Shown piece by piece: positions 22,010-35,400 of a stretch of DNA of 64,000 nt (within the stretch, counting starts at the first letter, position 1; every line of letters begins with the position of its first letter). The stretch is from positions 16,618,001-16,682,000 of the forward strand of contig NW_024704742.1 in NCBI RefSeq assembly GCF_018977255.1, in the 5' to 3' direction. The notes under the pieces are model-generated. The model made no database searches. It had not been told where the DNA came from and saw nothing but the letters and a program-made list of their open reading frames with translations. This DNA is from Callorhinchus milii (lineage: Eukaryota). The position numbers were made by a program, and so were the translations under genes.

Positions 22010-22710
22010 GGTAAAGAGCCTTTCACATCGGGAAGACATCTCAAGCTCTTCACAAGCTTCACTGTGAAGTGGAGGGACTGTTCACTTGTAGACAAGTAAA
22101 TTAAAGACAAAGCACATTATGTAATTAATCGGAAGGATTCTTGGCTTGGAAGCTAGGAGAATTGTGGTTTGGGATCTTCAACATCAACCTAACTAAACAA
22201 TTGGGACCTCAATTTAACACCTTATCCAAAAGTCTCTAACTTAGTCCTGCAGGAGTCCTGTAGCTCGATGGTTAGAGCATTTGCCTTGCAAGCAAGAGAC
22301 CTGGGTTCGATTCCAGGCAGGGCGAAACTTTGGGCAAGTTTCCTTACTCCACATGCCTAATATTAATCCCTCAAGAAAAAAAGCATAAATAAATTGGTCA
22401 CTTCAATTCATGACTGTTTGTGGGACACTGCTGTGTGCAATTGGCTGCGGTGTTTCGCCCACAAATATATAGGCAATTCACTTTGCAGTCTATTCTGTGA
22501 AGCGCTTTGAGACGTCCAGATTAGGTGAAAAGTGCTATAATCAAATGCAAGGATTATTATTATTAAGTCTGCACCTTTGGCAATGCAGCACTTTGTCAGT
22601 ACTGAACTAGAATGTCAAGCTAGATAGACAGTGAGATAAATTCTCAATGTGGGGTTTCAGCCGACAAACTTTGGATGAAGAAGCATCAGTGTCACCAACT
22701 GAGCCAAGCT
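22010..22710 (-). mobile_element. Older DeuSINE (SacSINE1-like) split by a young SINE
   Basis: Reverse-complement blocks GGGATCTT..GGACCTCAATTTAAC..TCCAAAAG (left) and CACCTTTGGCAATGCAGCACT..CAGTACTG...CCAACTGAGCCA (right). Confidence 0.6.
22252..22564 (+). mobile_element. tRNA-Ala SINE, short subfamily
   Basis: GGAGTCCTGTAGCTCGATGGTTAGAGC...GGTTCGATTCC...CAAGGATTATTATTATT. Confidence 0.93.
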
Positions 22711-23630
22711 AACAACAACAACAAATTACATAGCGCCTTTCACGTCAGGAGGACTGGACAGTCAGAGATCCACACCCAAGCTGGTGGTTTGCATCAGGTG
22801 GGATGGAAGGCAGGGAAGGTGGGATGGAGGACGGGGAAGGGTGACCAAAGATACGGTCAAAGAGGAGGGTCTTGAGATGGGTATTGACAGAGTCTCTAAC
22901 TCTGCGGGATGGAGTTCCAGAGGGTGTGGGAAGAAAGGCTGAAGACCCGCCACCAATGGTGGGATGGGCAAGGTGGGGACATGAAGTAGACTGGAGCCCG
23001 CTGAGTGGAGGGAGCGGACAGGTTGGTAGGAGGTTAAGGGGTCACAGAGCTAGGTAGAAGCCAGGTTGTGGAGGGCTTTGAAGGTGAGGACCAGGATCTT
23101 GAACAGTGTCCTCTGAGTGATGAGGAGCCAGTGAAGTCAGGCGAGGATGAGGGTGATAGGGTCGCGGAGCCTGGTGTGGGAGAGGACATGGGCTGCAGAG
23201 TTCTGGATGATCTGCAGCCTGTGGAAGGAGGAGTTGGGGAGGCCAACAAGCACAAAGTTGTGTAGTCGAGCCTGGATGTGATGAACACGTGGATGAGAGT
23301 CTCAGCGGCCTACTGTGAGAGACAGTGGAAGAGCCGGGCAATGTTGCCGAGGTGGGGAAAGGCAGAGCGGATAATGGTACAGATGTGGGGTATGAAGGGC
23401 AGATAAGGGTTGAACTGGATGACAAGGTTTCGTATTGGCTCCGTGAGGTATACAGTGCATCCATGAAGAGTGATGCTGTCAGTGCCTGAATTATAGAGGT
23501 GCTGATGGAAGCCAAGCAAGAGGGCCTTGGTCTTGTTGGAGAACATTCAACTGGAGAAAGTTGGCTCTCATCCTTGATTTGATGTCTGACATGCAGTCTG
23601 TGAGGACAGCTGTGGTCCTAGAGTCGAGAG
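22711..23630 (-). mobile_element. L2 LINE 3' fragment
   Basis: NKTKALLLG...RNLVIQF...FITSRLDY peptides; (GTT)n tail. Confidence 0.9.
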
Positions 23631-24374
23631 ACACTATAAATCATTGAGGCTTATTCATCAAATGTCATTAAATTTACACACTTTGTAAGGAAAGAGCATC
23701 TTATTTTTCTCTTTGCGTTCAGTCATGGACCATGACTGGGAAATATTGATAATAATAAAAATAATCCTTGAATATAATTTAGCGCCTTTTATTTGTGAGG
23801 ATGTCTCAAAGTGCTTCATGGGATTGTGAAGTGTATTGACAGTGTAGTGCAGACAGACACCTACAAAATAATGGTATTTTCCTTTTGCTTACCCAAACTA
23901 CGTTTGTAGGATCAATTAATAAAGTACTGGGAATCTGGAATTTGGACATTATGAATCTTTCACTCACTATGAGTACCTCAGTATTTTAAAAAGAATTACA
24001 TATGCATTTATCTCCTGCTCCCATCACAACGAGGGTTAAAAATTCTGTTCAGACTTATGCCTTGGGTCTTTGACAATGAGAGTCTATAATGAGAAATGCC
24101 ATTAGTGGCTGACAATGCCTTTGGCAGTGTACTAATTTTCTGACCAAATATCAATTAGTTCCAATTTCTAGCTCCACTTCCGCTACCTCACCTAGTTTCC
24201 AGCTCCCAGGCCAACATCAACCCACATTGGCCACAAGCTCTTGGCTGTATACCTAGGCAGACCAAGACTATATTTTCAAGGTAAATTTTGAGATGGTACT
24301 TTTTAGAAAAAAATTGCAGTATTCTGTAAAGGTATCAAGTTTATTTTAACCTCAAAATCAGCAATAGCTTCTGA

Positions 24375-24540
24375 TTGTAATTCAATCCACGACTCTTTGT
24401 TGGACATTACGATGCACAATGGGCTGCCTCGTTTTGCCCACAAAATATGCAGTCAATTCACTTCACAGTTATTCTGTGAAACGCTTTGAGACGTCTCATA
24501 GATGTGAGAAGGTGTTATATCAAATGCAAGGATTATTGTT
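24375..24540 (+). mobile_element. SINE 3' half
   Basis: TCAATCCACGACTCTTTGTTGGAC...CAAATGCAAGGATTATT. Confidence 0.8.
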
Positions 24541-25814
24541 ATAGCCTGCATGTACTAAATGTAACCTGTACAAATGTGGAACTGTATCTATACTGGGCTT
24601 AAAACATAAATGGAATTTCCTAGATGCAGTTCCTGTCATTTGATATTCAGAAAGAAACCCTGGCAATTGGTTGTGCTCGGAAGTAGGATGGTATTGCACG
24701 GAACGTTATCTGCAGTTGTGGTTCAGACAAAGTAATTACCAAAACATTTCAAAATGAGAAGAATATAAAAAGTACGAGCGAAGCGGAACATAATTTATGA
24801 GCTAAGTGCTCTGGGATGCCTCCCTGCGTGAGGGGTGCTATATAAATGCAACTTGTTGTTGTTGTAATTTATGAACCTTACAATCAAAAGCAAATTGTGT
24901 GAAAAAAATCGCTGTGCTTTTTGATATACTTGTGGAATTTTGCTCCTTGCACAAAACTATAAAACTAAATGCATGAAGCAGGACAAGCACTTGGGAACAG
25001 AAGAAAGCTAGCAGTTAGTTGTGAGACCAGGCAGTTCTGATATTGACGGTGGGCGTGGGGGGAAGGGGAGAAAAGAGAGTTTTTGAATCGAGCCACGGAT
25101 ATACCTAATGGGATTTGGGAACAGAACTTTGAGGTACTTGACAAGGAATACTATTCCATCCGACTTTTTAATGGAGTGAGAGAAGCTGAATTGTTTACTC
25201 TTGAGATTGAAGTCAATCACAAACTGCAAATTGTGAAGTGGTTGGCAGACCAAACTTTTTAAACCGCAGATTTTGTCAGGATCTGGAGAATCCGTACACA
25301 GTCCCGAATAGGACGGTTGGAGTGCACAATGTCAGAATGAAAAATGGGATCAATATGATGGGAAATGGAAAAGATAAATTTATTTTTCTGCAGGCATTAA
25401 ACACTCCAGCCATTTCATCGCTGCTGACCGCTCAGCAGGATCCTTTTCAAGCTTGATGTGTGATGTTAGTCTGTTTTTCTTTCAAGGCACCATATAGATT
25501 AAGAGTTTTTTTTATTATAAGGTGTAAATCTTGCGGATAATTATTGCAGTACAGAACACTAGAGGAGATGTGCAACTTATCCCTGCTTTACAAAACTTGG
25601 ATCAGTTATCTCTCCCTGCAGAGCAATTGAAACCTTATTTTCTTTAAATGCTGTTTAGTTTGCAAAGCTAAATTGTTTGTGCTGTCAGGTATTATTTTTA
25701 CCTCATAGATTGAGAATTCAGGAATGTGTTTGTATTTAGAAGACAATATGAGTGAAGTGTTTCTGGTAATTACTTTTTGTCTGCTACATTTTCACACTTT
25801 GCCATTTAAAGTCC

Positions 25815-26045
25815 CGAGAACCAAAGAAAGATACAATACAGCAGGAGGCCATTTAGCCTATCTTATCATGTTGGTGTTTGCTCCTTCAAAAAGCCATCCA
25901 CCTGAATCCCAATTCACTGCTCTTTCCCCATACCCTCTAATACTCTTCCTTTGCATGTGTTTGTTCAATTTTTTTAAAATGCCCAAATCAACTCTGTTCT
26001 AACCCTCATTCCGAGGAAATCATTCCTTGCTCTGTTCACCCTCAC
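25815..26045 (-). mobile_element. CR1 3' end; probably continues at 28713-29220
   Basis: ACAGCAGGAGGCCATTTAGCC...CTCTTTCCCCATACCC (reverse CR1 3' end). Confidence 0.65.
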
Positions 26046-26060
26046 TTTTATTCATCAGAA

Positions 26061-26190
26061 CTCTAAAGGTCATTGACCTGAAAAGTTAATTCACTTTCCT
26101 CTACCCATAGATGCTGCCTGACCTGCTGAGTGTTCCCAGAGAATTCTGTTTCTTTTTCAGATTTCCAGCATCTGCAGTATTTGCCTTTTC
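26061..26190 (+). mobile_element. Short Penelope 3'-terminal unit with decayed hammerhead
   Basis: AGGTC-ATT-GACCT-GAAA stem II and box, then CATAGATGCTGCCTGACCTGCTGAGTGTTCCCAG...CAGATTTCCAGCATCTGCAGTATTT as in 21500-21565. Confidence 0.8.
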
Positions 26191-26209
26191 TCTCTTTTTA
26201 TTTTCCTAA

Positions 26210-28712
26210 TTACAATCCGCCCGCCACCTTTGAATCTCTCAGCCTGGATTCACTGGGACTATAACATTGTCCCTTCTCCCCATGATGATCCTCGCCAGCG
26301 GGCTAACCATGCCTTGCTGACCACCCCCCACCCGACCCCCGCCGTTCGCTCTTAGTCTTGGGGTGCGCACTTTGGCTGCCGCCACCGACCTGAGCTGCTT
26401 CCCCATAATGCTCCCACCCCTGCTACCCTCCACTACTCCTGCTCGGTCCTCCTCTCCCACCGCCCTCCCCGACTACTATCCCCGCTCGACCATCCCACTG
26501 CTTCCCTCTGTTCCAATCTGCAAATCCTCTGTCGGGCCCACCGTGTGAGTTGCCACTGGCTGTCCAACAGCAGACACTCTGACTGCCCTATCCCCCATTC
26601 TTGCCACAAGACTCATTGATCCTCCATCTCCACCTCCATCTACTACCGCTCCTGGAAAAAAATCTCCCCACACCTCTTTCTTGGCTGCTGTGGAGTCATC
26701 TAAACTCCTTCCCCTCTGGGCTTCCTCCCGCAATGACCGATCCTCCTTGATCACTCTTCTGCACAGCTCCCATTCCTCCACTCTCGATTCCCTTGCTCCC
26801 CTCTCTTCCCAAGCCGTCTCCTATTCACGTATGCCACCACAGTACACTAGCCACCTCCACGCCCTTAAAGCACAGGTGTGTGCCGCTGAGCGCACCTGGC
26901 TTAAATCAAACTTAACGGTACATCGGCAGATCTGCCTGAACCTTATCAAATCTTATCGCTTCGCCCTCGCCTCCGCTAAATCGTTGTCCTACTCAAAGAC
27001 AATCTTGGCTAAGGACAACCCCAGGCTCCTCTTCTCCATCACAAACTGGCTCCTCCGCCCACCTTCTCACGCCTTGCCCATCCTCACTTCAAATGCCAAC
27101 TGCGAGGCGATGCTGGACTTCCTCGAATCCAAAGTCGAGCGAATCCGCTCAGATGCCTCTGCCATTCCATCTACTACCCCCTTCCCATCTCCCCTTCCCA
27201 CGCTCGTCACTCCTAACTTTAAAAAAACGTCCATGGACCCATCTCTACTCACAAACTGCCGCCCCATCTCCAACCTTCCTTTGCTCTCCCAAGGTCTAAG
27301 AACAAGTTGTTGCTTCATTCCTTCCTCTCCCGCCACCCCCTTCTCAAACCCCTCCAATCGGATTTCCTTGCCGCCCACAATACAGAAATAGCCCTGGTCA
27401 AAGTGACAAATGACATTCTGTCCATCTGCGACCGGGGCTCCCTCTGCCTCCTCGTCCTCCTTGACCTCTCTGCTGCCTTTGACACAGCCGACCTCTCTAT
27501 CCTCATCCACAGCCTCTCATCTCACCTCAACCCTCACGCCTCTGTCCTTGACTGGTTCAGATCGTACCTCTCACACCGCCTCCACTTCATCTCCACAAAC
27601 GGTTTCTCCTCTAGCCCCCGCACTGTCTCGTGCGGTGTTCCTCAGGGCTCTGTCTTTGGTCCCCCCCTCTTCAATATCTAAATGCTCCCTCTTGGTGATA
27701 TCATCCGCAGACATGGGGTCAACTTCCACATGTTTGCGGATGACACACAACTGTACTTCTCTGCCTGCATCCTTGATTCCAGGACTACTGCTGTGCTGAC
27801 AGAATGTCTGTCAGACATCAAGTCCTGGATGAGAGCTTAATTTTCTTCAGTTGAACGTCAATGTGATCAAGGCTCTCCGGATTGGCTCCCGTCAGCACCT
27901 CCACACCTCAGGCACTGACAGCATCACCGTCCATGGTTGCACACTCCACCTTACTAAGCCAGTCCAGAACCTTGGGGTCTTGTTTGTTTTGTTTCTATTC
28001 ATTCTACTCCACATCTGCGCCATGACCCGCTCTGCCTCCCCCACCTCCACAACATCGCCCAGCTCCTCCACTGTCTCACACCGCAGGCCGCCGAAACTCT
28101 GATACATGCTTTCATCACATCGAGGTTTGACTATGCAAACTCCTTGCTTGTCAATCTCCCCAATTCCTCCCTCCATAGGCTGCAGATCATCCAGAACTCT
28201 GCAGCCAGCGTCCTCTACTGTACCAGGCTCTGTGACCCTATCACCCCCATCCTTGCCCAACTCCACTGGCTTCCAATCACACAGAGGATACAGTTCAAGA
28301 TCCTGGTCCTCACCTTCAAAACCCTCCATGGTCTTGCTCTCCCCTCTACCTCTGCGACTTTCTACCCCCTACCATCCTGCCTACTCCCTCCGCTCAGCGG
28401 GCTCTGGCCTGCTTCATGTCCCCTGCCTCGACCGCCCCACTATTGGCGGGTGTGCCTTCTGCCACTCTGCCCCCACCCTCTGGAACTCCATCCCATAGTC
28501 CCTCCACCTCGCCCCCTCCCTTGCCACCTTCAAGATCCATCTTAAGACCCTCCTTTTTGACCATGTTTTCGATCTCCCTGCTTCCTCCCCGTCCTCCACC
28601 CTCCCCAATCTTAACCCGCAGCTCGGATCCAAAACTCTGTCTGTCCAGTGGCTTGGAACGTCCTCCCGACGTGAAAGGTGCTATACAAATGTAATTTTGT
28701 TGCTGTTGTTGT
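26210..28712 (+). mobile_element. L2 LINE, long internally deleted and frameshifted ORF2 (RT) copy
   Basis: [62 protein letters not shown]2 tail. Confidence 0.93.
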
Positions 28713-29222
28713 TTGTGTTGTTGAATTTGTGTCCTCTTATTCTCAAAATCCCTACCAGTCGAGAGAGTTTTTCCTTATTAATTCTCTCAAACTCTTTCAG
28801 TAACTTAAACACGTTTATCATTCTATCCCTTAAATTTCTCTGCCTAACCTATTTAGCCTCTCCTCACAGCAATATTCCTTCTTTTCTCGAACCATCTTGT
28901 AAACCTTCGCTGCACTATCTTGATAGCTTTTATATCCTTTCTATAATGTAGTGCTTAAAATTGCACACACTATTCCAGATGTGGCTTGATGTAATCTATA
29001 TATATTGTCTGTTCTTTCTTTTGTATTCAATAGCTCTGTATAGACTCCTATTTGCTCATTTAATGGCCTTCTCTAAATTGCAGTCCTATTGTTAACGAAC
29101 CACAGGATATGTATACTTCCAAATCCCTCTGTTTCTCCACTGCGTTGAGAATTGTACCACCCAGTATATAGTTCTGCTCCCTGATCTTTTCCAAAATGCA
29201 CCACTTTCCATTTGTCTACAGG
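28713..29222 (-). mobile_element. CR1 ORF2 fragment, decayed
   Basis: VDKWKVVHFGK; reverse CACACTATTCCAGATGTGGC (PHLE*CV). Confidence 0.75.
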
Positions 29223-29854
29223 TTGTGAAATTGGTTGTCTGGCAAATGTTTTGATCCTCAACAAAATTTCTGTGAATTAACCCAATCTAGATACTCAAGT
29301 GTTTTTAATATTTTAAGGATGTAATTGCTGCATTGTTGAATATGAAAAGTATAGCTTTTAACCAGAATTTTGCCACATTTTAAGAAAAATAAAACCTTAG
29401 AAATTCACAGCACAGAAGATGACCATTCGCACCCTGTCTCTGTGTTGCCAATTTGAAAGAGCAATCTTTTCAGTCCCATGTACCTTTTCTCCATAGCACC
29501 TCTTGTATCGCCTGTCAAGATAGATATCTGTGTATCTACCCGTTGTATTGCTGCAGGTACCAGGATCACTGGCAGATTAAATTAAGCTTCAATGAAAGTC
29601 CTATGGGGGTAGCTTGGTTGAGTTTGTGTAACTGAATTTGTTTATGCTGTTAGAAATAGTGCTGATTCAGCATGTTATCCTACTCATGCGACTCAAAACT
29701 GCCTATAACAACACAAGTGTCATAAACATCATTTTATAACAACAAAATTATTACGAACACATTTCTCTCTTAGTAGTCACATGCCCTTGCCCAGCCATGT
29801 CCTTCAAGTCCTTCAATAGTTTGGTTTTAATAAGTAATATCACTGCTATTGAAA

Positions 29855-29965
29855 TTTCGCCCAGAAAATATACAGTCAATTCACTTTTCATTATATTTTG
29901 TGAAGCATTTGAGACGTCTCAAAGACATGATAAGGCGCTATATCAAATGAAAGGATTATTATTGT
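29855..29965 (+). mobile_element. SINE 3' tail fragment
   Basis: ATATACAGTCAATTCACTTT...GAGACGTCTC...GGCGCTATATCAAATG. Confidence 0.8.
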
Positions 29966-30576
29966 TATTATTTCTATTAATAACTGCTCTAGAATTCTCA
30001 GCAATGCCAAGCTAGGACAAGATCTGACTATACTTTCTATATTCAATAATGCAGCAATTAAAATTAATGCAATAATGTTTGAGATCAATTTCATTGCATA
30101 ATTTATTGCACCTCCTATTATTACATTGTAATTATGATCATTATCTTTCTCTCTTCCGTTCACCCTCAAGATCCAATTGTAAAATCACATGCAAAATTGC
30201 AATTGTTTTCAAGCTATTGTGGCACATTTTCAGTAAAACAAACCAACACTCTGCTCCTTTGATCAATAGTAGCAAATTATGTTTATTGTGGTCGTAAATC
30301 ACTGAAAATCTATTTGTAGACTCTGGATAAGGATTAGTAATGAGATTGTCATGTTCACTTTGTTTGAGACCAGCATAGACCTAGGACAAAATAAATGGAC
30401 TTGGTGTTTCTCTTTCCAGTCTGACATGTTTATTAAACATGTCCATGCTTTTTTTATAGCTTCCATATATTTCATATGAGATCATGGCTGGGCAAAGGTA
30501 AATTACAGATTAGTATGTGATCCTGCGTATGATTTTGAACAATGTGATACGGCAACTATGAATATTCATCTAAGCA

Positions 30577-31729
30577 GAGAGGCCAAAAGGGGCCTGGGCC
30601 ACCCAACATTCCCGTCCAAAATATTTATTTTTATTTTAAGCTGTTTTTCCTCGAGTAAAAAATATTTGTGAATTTCTTCAGCTTTGATCATATTTAATGG
30701 AAGCACAGAAATTAAGTCTCCATATCTACTTTTAACAATGTCTTCAGTTGTATTTGAATCACCAACTTTTCCTGCTGTGTAATGTCACTGGTGTTATGCC
30801 CAATGCCTGCATCATTACAGACAGTGGAAAATTCAAAAAATTCATTTCAAAACATTTGCCTCTTTATCCATTGCGACCTCAATGAGTGACATGAACAGAC
30901 ATAGACTCTGATCGATACAGAAAGCAATTTGGAGGGTTTTTTTTAGGGTTTTTTTAAGTTTCCACTGTCTGTAATGAGGGTTGTACAGGGATCATTACAG
31001 ACAGCGGGAAATTCAAAAAAATAAACTAAAACCCCTCTGGGTTGCTCTCTGTGTATTGGAGCCTGTGTCTGTCTATGTCAGTCAGTGCCCTTGTGACATT
31101 GGCTAACAGGGACAAACAGAGACAGAAGCGCCCAAAGATTTCTTTTAGTTTAATTTTTTTAATTTGCCACTGCTTGTAATGATACTGGCATTGGTTTTGC
31201 TAGTTACTTGTACCGAAAGATCTTACTCTGAATATAGGAGAGTCAAAACATTCTTGAGAAATAAGAAAGAATGACCAATATTACTTTGGTGCACATTTAT
31301 TATGATATGAATAGACGTCGATCAAGTTGTAGATAAACTTGTTAGAAAACACCATCCATCTAGGCTACTTTCCTCCTCATTGTGAATCTGTTGTGAATAT
31401 GTTCAGTAAACACTTGGTGTATATGTTTATATAATTTTTTAAAGTTTATAATCTTGAAATATAAGAACATAAGAGTAATATAGTTATATTAACATTTTAC
31501 TCTTGATTTTTAACAATTGTAACATTTTGTAACATTTTTAAATGTTTTTTTTAAAATCATTTTGCTTCAGTAATAAATGGTGCAGGTAGGACCACCCCCC
31601 TCACACTTAACCCAGTGAAATTGTGCATTCCACCCCCGACCTAAGATTGTCGCGAGATCTGAATGCATATCCTACATTCTTTTGTTGCTCCCATCATATC
31701 TGTATCAAAAATCAAGCCTTGGTGCACTG
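30577..31729 (+). mobile_element. Internally deleted hAT DNA transposon relic (transposase C-terminal dimerisation region)
   Basis: Decayed reading FPAV...VLC | VTCTERSYSEYRRVKTFLR..ERMTNITLVHIYYDM.DVDQVVDKLVRKHHPSRL at about 30765-31375 resembles the hAT C-terminus; GC-rich CAG...CTG termini are approximate. Confidence 0.6.
30800..31194. mobile_element. Palindromic MITE-like insertion inside the hAT relic
   Basis: Termini CCAATGCCTGCATCATTACAGACAGTGG and CCACTGCTTGTAATGATACTGGCATTGG; much of the element folds back about a centre near 30985. Confidence 0.75.
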
Positions 31730-33009
31730 TTTCCCGCTCTTAAATCATTCTTTCTCGGAATCTCAAGACTGCAAATCCTGACTTAACTGCGTTTCCCCCA
31801 CCAATCGATAAGAGTGTTGGTGGAAGCATTGGGATGTTTTCAGCTTTTATTAAGTATAGCCTGTATGAGACAATCAAAGGGAACATTGTCATCTTGTCAC
31901 ACAGCCTCTTTGTTTCCTGCAATGATCCTTTTCTCCGATCTATTAAACAAAAGCAGGTGCATCAGCTTGATATATATGTTCATTTGCTGCACAAAAGGAA
32001 CTCGCAGAAGGCAACTTAAATTCAGCAACAGAGGTCTTTCACCTAATGACTGGACTACCTACTGAAGACGATGTTCAACATCTTCTCATTGTTTTTATAG
32101 TTCATTCAACACTTTTACTTCTAGCACGACAGCTTTAGCATAAGCTTCATTACACCAGCATTGTGGGATGAAAAAAATGCTCATAACTCTTCCAAGGGAC
32201 TCAGCTGTTTGTTTCCATTTGGTACAAACAATAGATGACAGAATAATTGAAACCAGTTAATTTGTTATTTCACTAAGACATGTTTGCAGCTGTGCTCTTT
32301 GTGCAGCGTTCTGTCAAGTATCTGATTTTACACTAATGATTATCAATTTGTTTAGCACCGTGGCACAATTACTCAGCTCAGTTTTTCCACTTCTCATTGT
32401 GTTAGATTTTTTCAGGGACGTTGACCTACAAATTTGAGAAATTAACTTAAAAACAAAACTATTAAATACATTCACTTAAATTGCTGAAGAAGCAATGATA
32501 TTGGAGTAGACCTTAGAGTCTTTCAGCATTTTTTATAGATGAACATTTCTTTGCAATGACATGAAAATAATTAAGTTTAAAAAATTGTAGAGAAATGGTA
32601 AGATGGATATCTCTTAGCGAATGAAATCAGCCATCTCATGAGTCATCCACATCGATCAGTAATTTACTGTGCTCTATTTCCCACTGATGTGCATTCTATG
32701 TATTTCATATCTGCTTTAAACATTTTTTGTGCATATATTTTTTCATATATGTGCAAGGGGAATGTGTTACATGATGTGATAAACATCATCAGTGAAAACT
32801 ATTACATTGGTAGAAAACTTAGATAAAAATGTTCTTAAAACATGTCATTAATTTGAGAAATTGAAAATGCATAAGGGAGAAATCATCCTCCAGAGGTGTA
32901 CCGGAGGGAGGAGGGGGGGTGATTGCTCTGTCCCAACTCTCTTAATTAGAACACCCTTTAAGTGTATTTTAACTGTGTTTTCTGTCCTTGTTATCATTGG
33001 TGATAATTA

Positions 33010-33200
33010 TCACATTGCAGAACACAATCCCCTTTTGTTCAAGGTCTGTCTCAAGACATAGCACTTCGGTATGCGCTTTGGTCATCTTTGCGCCTTTATT
33101 TCCCACCCCTAGTTCAGGTGCCAAGCCAATACAGTTACATTTCTTGGGAGGCTCTCCTGACGTGAAAGGCAATATATAAAATGTAAATTTGTGTTGTATT
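33010..33200 (+). mobile_element. L2 3' tail fragment, decayed
   Basis: TTCAAGGTCTGTCTCAAGAC...CTCCTGACGTGAAAGGC. Confidence 0.65.
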
Positions 33201-34282
33201 TTATTGTACTAATAGTATCATTTCCATACTTTTTCACTGAGAGAAAGATGAGGAAATTGGCACTTACACTAACAGGCATCGTGATGTTGTGTAGTTCAGT
33301 TTGTGCATCCAGCACAAGTTTCAAACATTGCAACTTTGACATCAAAATGAAGCAAGGCTCAAATGACACTTGTCTCCAGATCGTAATGGATCTAGTTCGC
33401 ATAATTATAGTGAATATAAAGCATTTGTTTTGTTACCACAGGAATTGTTATTGTTTCACTCATCACTGTGTATCATTTATTATTATCATGTAAAAGACAC
33501 ATGATGACATGAAGGAAATATGAAATACTTCTGTTTACTTTGAAAAGTGAACTGCTAGGTTCATTGTGTCTAGATTCTGATCATGATAGAGTGATTCAGT
33601 TGGAAAGTGTATGGGGTTTGAGTGAAAAGAATTGGGTTAGTATTGGCTGTAATGTAATGAAGAAATGAACACATGATGTGTAGCCTGATACGACTCACTG
33701 CCTGAGTGCACACACAAACAATTTCACTTTGGTGAGATACCAGAGGCATCCTGTAAAGCACATCAAGTATGAGTCACTGTCTTCAGGAGAAGACGAGACA
33801 GAGTAAAATGGGGAGAGGATGGAGAACTACTGCATTATGTTCTACATGCTGATCATCCACCAAGCATGTACTCTTATATTCTATCTGAACCCATTGTGTC
33901 TTGACCATCTTATGTGAATGCTACACTGTTTCACGTGACTGCCAAGTTCAAAGTGTTTCACAGGTTTTTTTAAGTTTTGAAATGGTCGCAGGAAAGCTTT
34001 GTAGATGCGTGGTTAAATGGAATAAACTGATCATTCCACGCTTTGACAAATCTACCATTTGTAGGATTGATCATCTGAAGAGATTAATTGTACTGAATGA
34101 ATAGGTATGATAACGTGTAAAATGTTGTGGATTGTAGTTGATCGGACACAGTTTTTGTACCTGGTTAGCTATTTTTTATTCTATGGAAGCCTATTGATGA
34201 AGAGTATTGGATTTAAATAAGTTGGCTTGTTATGCCACTCATTCCAAAGAAATCACTTATACAGGTGCTTATTTGGTTTGAG

Positions 34283-34441
34283 TGACTGTTTTTGGGACAT
34301 TGCTGTGCGCAATTGGCTGCCGCGTTCGCCCACAAATTTACAGTCAATTCACTTTACAGTGTGTTCTGTGAAGCGCTTTGGGACGTCCTTCCGACGTGAA
34401 AAGCGCTACATCAAATGCAAGGATTATTATTATTATTATTA
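34283..34441 (+). mobile_element. 5'-truncated young SINE
   Basis: GACTGTTTTTGGGACATTGCTGTGCGCAATTGG...(ATT)n. Confidence 0.9.
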
Positions 34442-35214
34442 CATCATCGCTGGACTTCACATACAATAGTTGGTTCAATACAACACTATTTTACCTAGGT
34501 TTACATTCACATTTACAATGAGAATGCTTCCAGTGTGTAGAAGTGTAATGATACAGTTATTTAGAAATTCCTGGAATTTTGCAGTATTTCATAACTTATT
34601 TAATGAATCTTCATTACATTGAATGCTTTATGAAACCCGCAGATGCAGTCTGAAGAAGGAGCTGACTTGATGGACCAGATTATCTTTTTATCAGTTCATT
34701 GCTTTCATATGTTTGTTAGTCTTGTATAATAAGCAAAAGGAAAATGCAAAATTGTACATAAGAGGGAGCTTGGCATGCCTTGAAAAGCTAGGGTCTGGTT
34801 TGACAATTTTCCTACAACTACCTAATCAGTAAACTTAACAATAGTACTATTTATGAAATCTTGATATCACAGGCACTATATTATATGCAAATGCAAAAAG
34901 AGTGTGTCGATGCTTCAGCCAATTGCTTATCATTTTGTGGCTCATTCTAGTCTCTATTGCTCTCGTGTTTTTTTTGCAGTTTCTGGATTGTTGGCTTTGT
35001 TGCTGACACCATTGTGGAACTTTTTCACAATTTCTTCCTAGTTTGTCTTTGTGTCCTCAACCACAACAAGGAACATTGCTTCACAAAATTTCCACAGACA
35101 TTGCTGGGAGTGCAGAAATATACTTTTCTCCATTCCTCAGAGTTTAACTTAAATCTTTCAATTCAATTATAATTATACACAAACAATAATATTGCTTGAG
35201 GAGGAATTTATTTC

Positions 35215-35400
35215 TAACACAGAAGATTGAAGGTGTCTAGACAATTCAAATTTAGTTACCTTACAGATTGAGTGGTAAATATATGGAATGAAGTGTCTGG
35301 GGAAGTAGTGGATTGAGATAGTGTCAGCAATTCAAGAGGAAATTAGAAATTGGTTGGTAAATAAATCAATAGAGAGATAAGAGAGATAGAGCAGGGTATT
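35215..35400 (+). mobile_element. CR1 3' fragment, decayed
   Basis: GAGTGGTAAATATATGGAATG...TTCAAGAGGAAATTAGA. Confidence 0.55.

Noticed and set aside
25000..25330. Possible hAT (TAGGGTTGCCA-type) transposon end; similar hints at about 8678, 11530 and 41935
   Set aside because: Only short terminal-like motifs; no matching paired TIR or TSD could be established
33248..33493. Signal-peptide-like MRKLALTLTGIVMLCSSVCA
   Set aside because: No convincing splice donor, no recognisable homologue, AT-rich tail; likely chance
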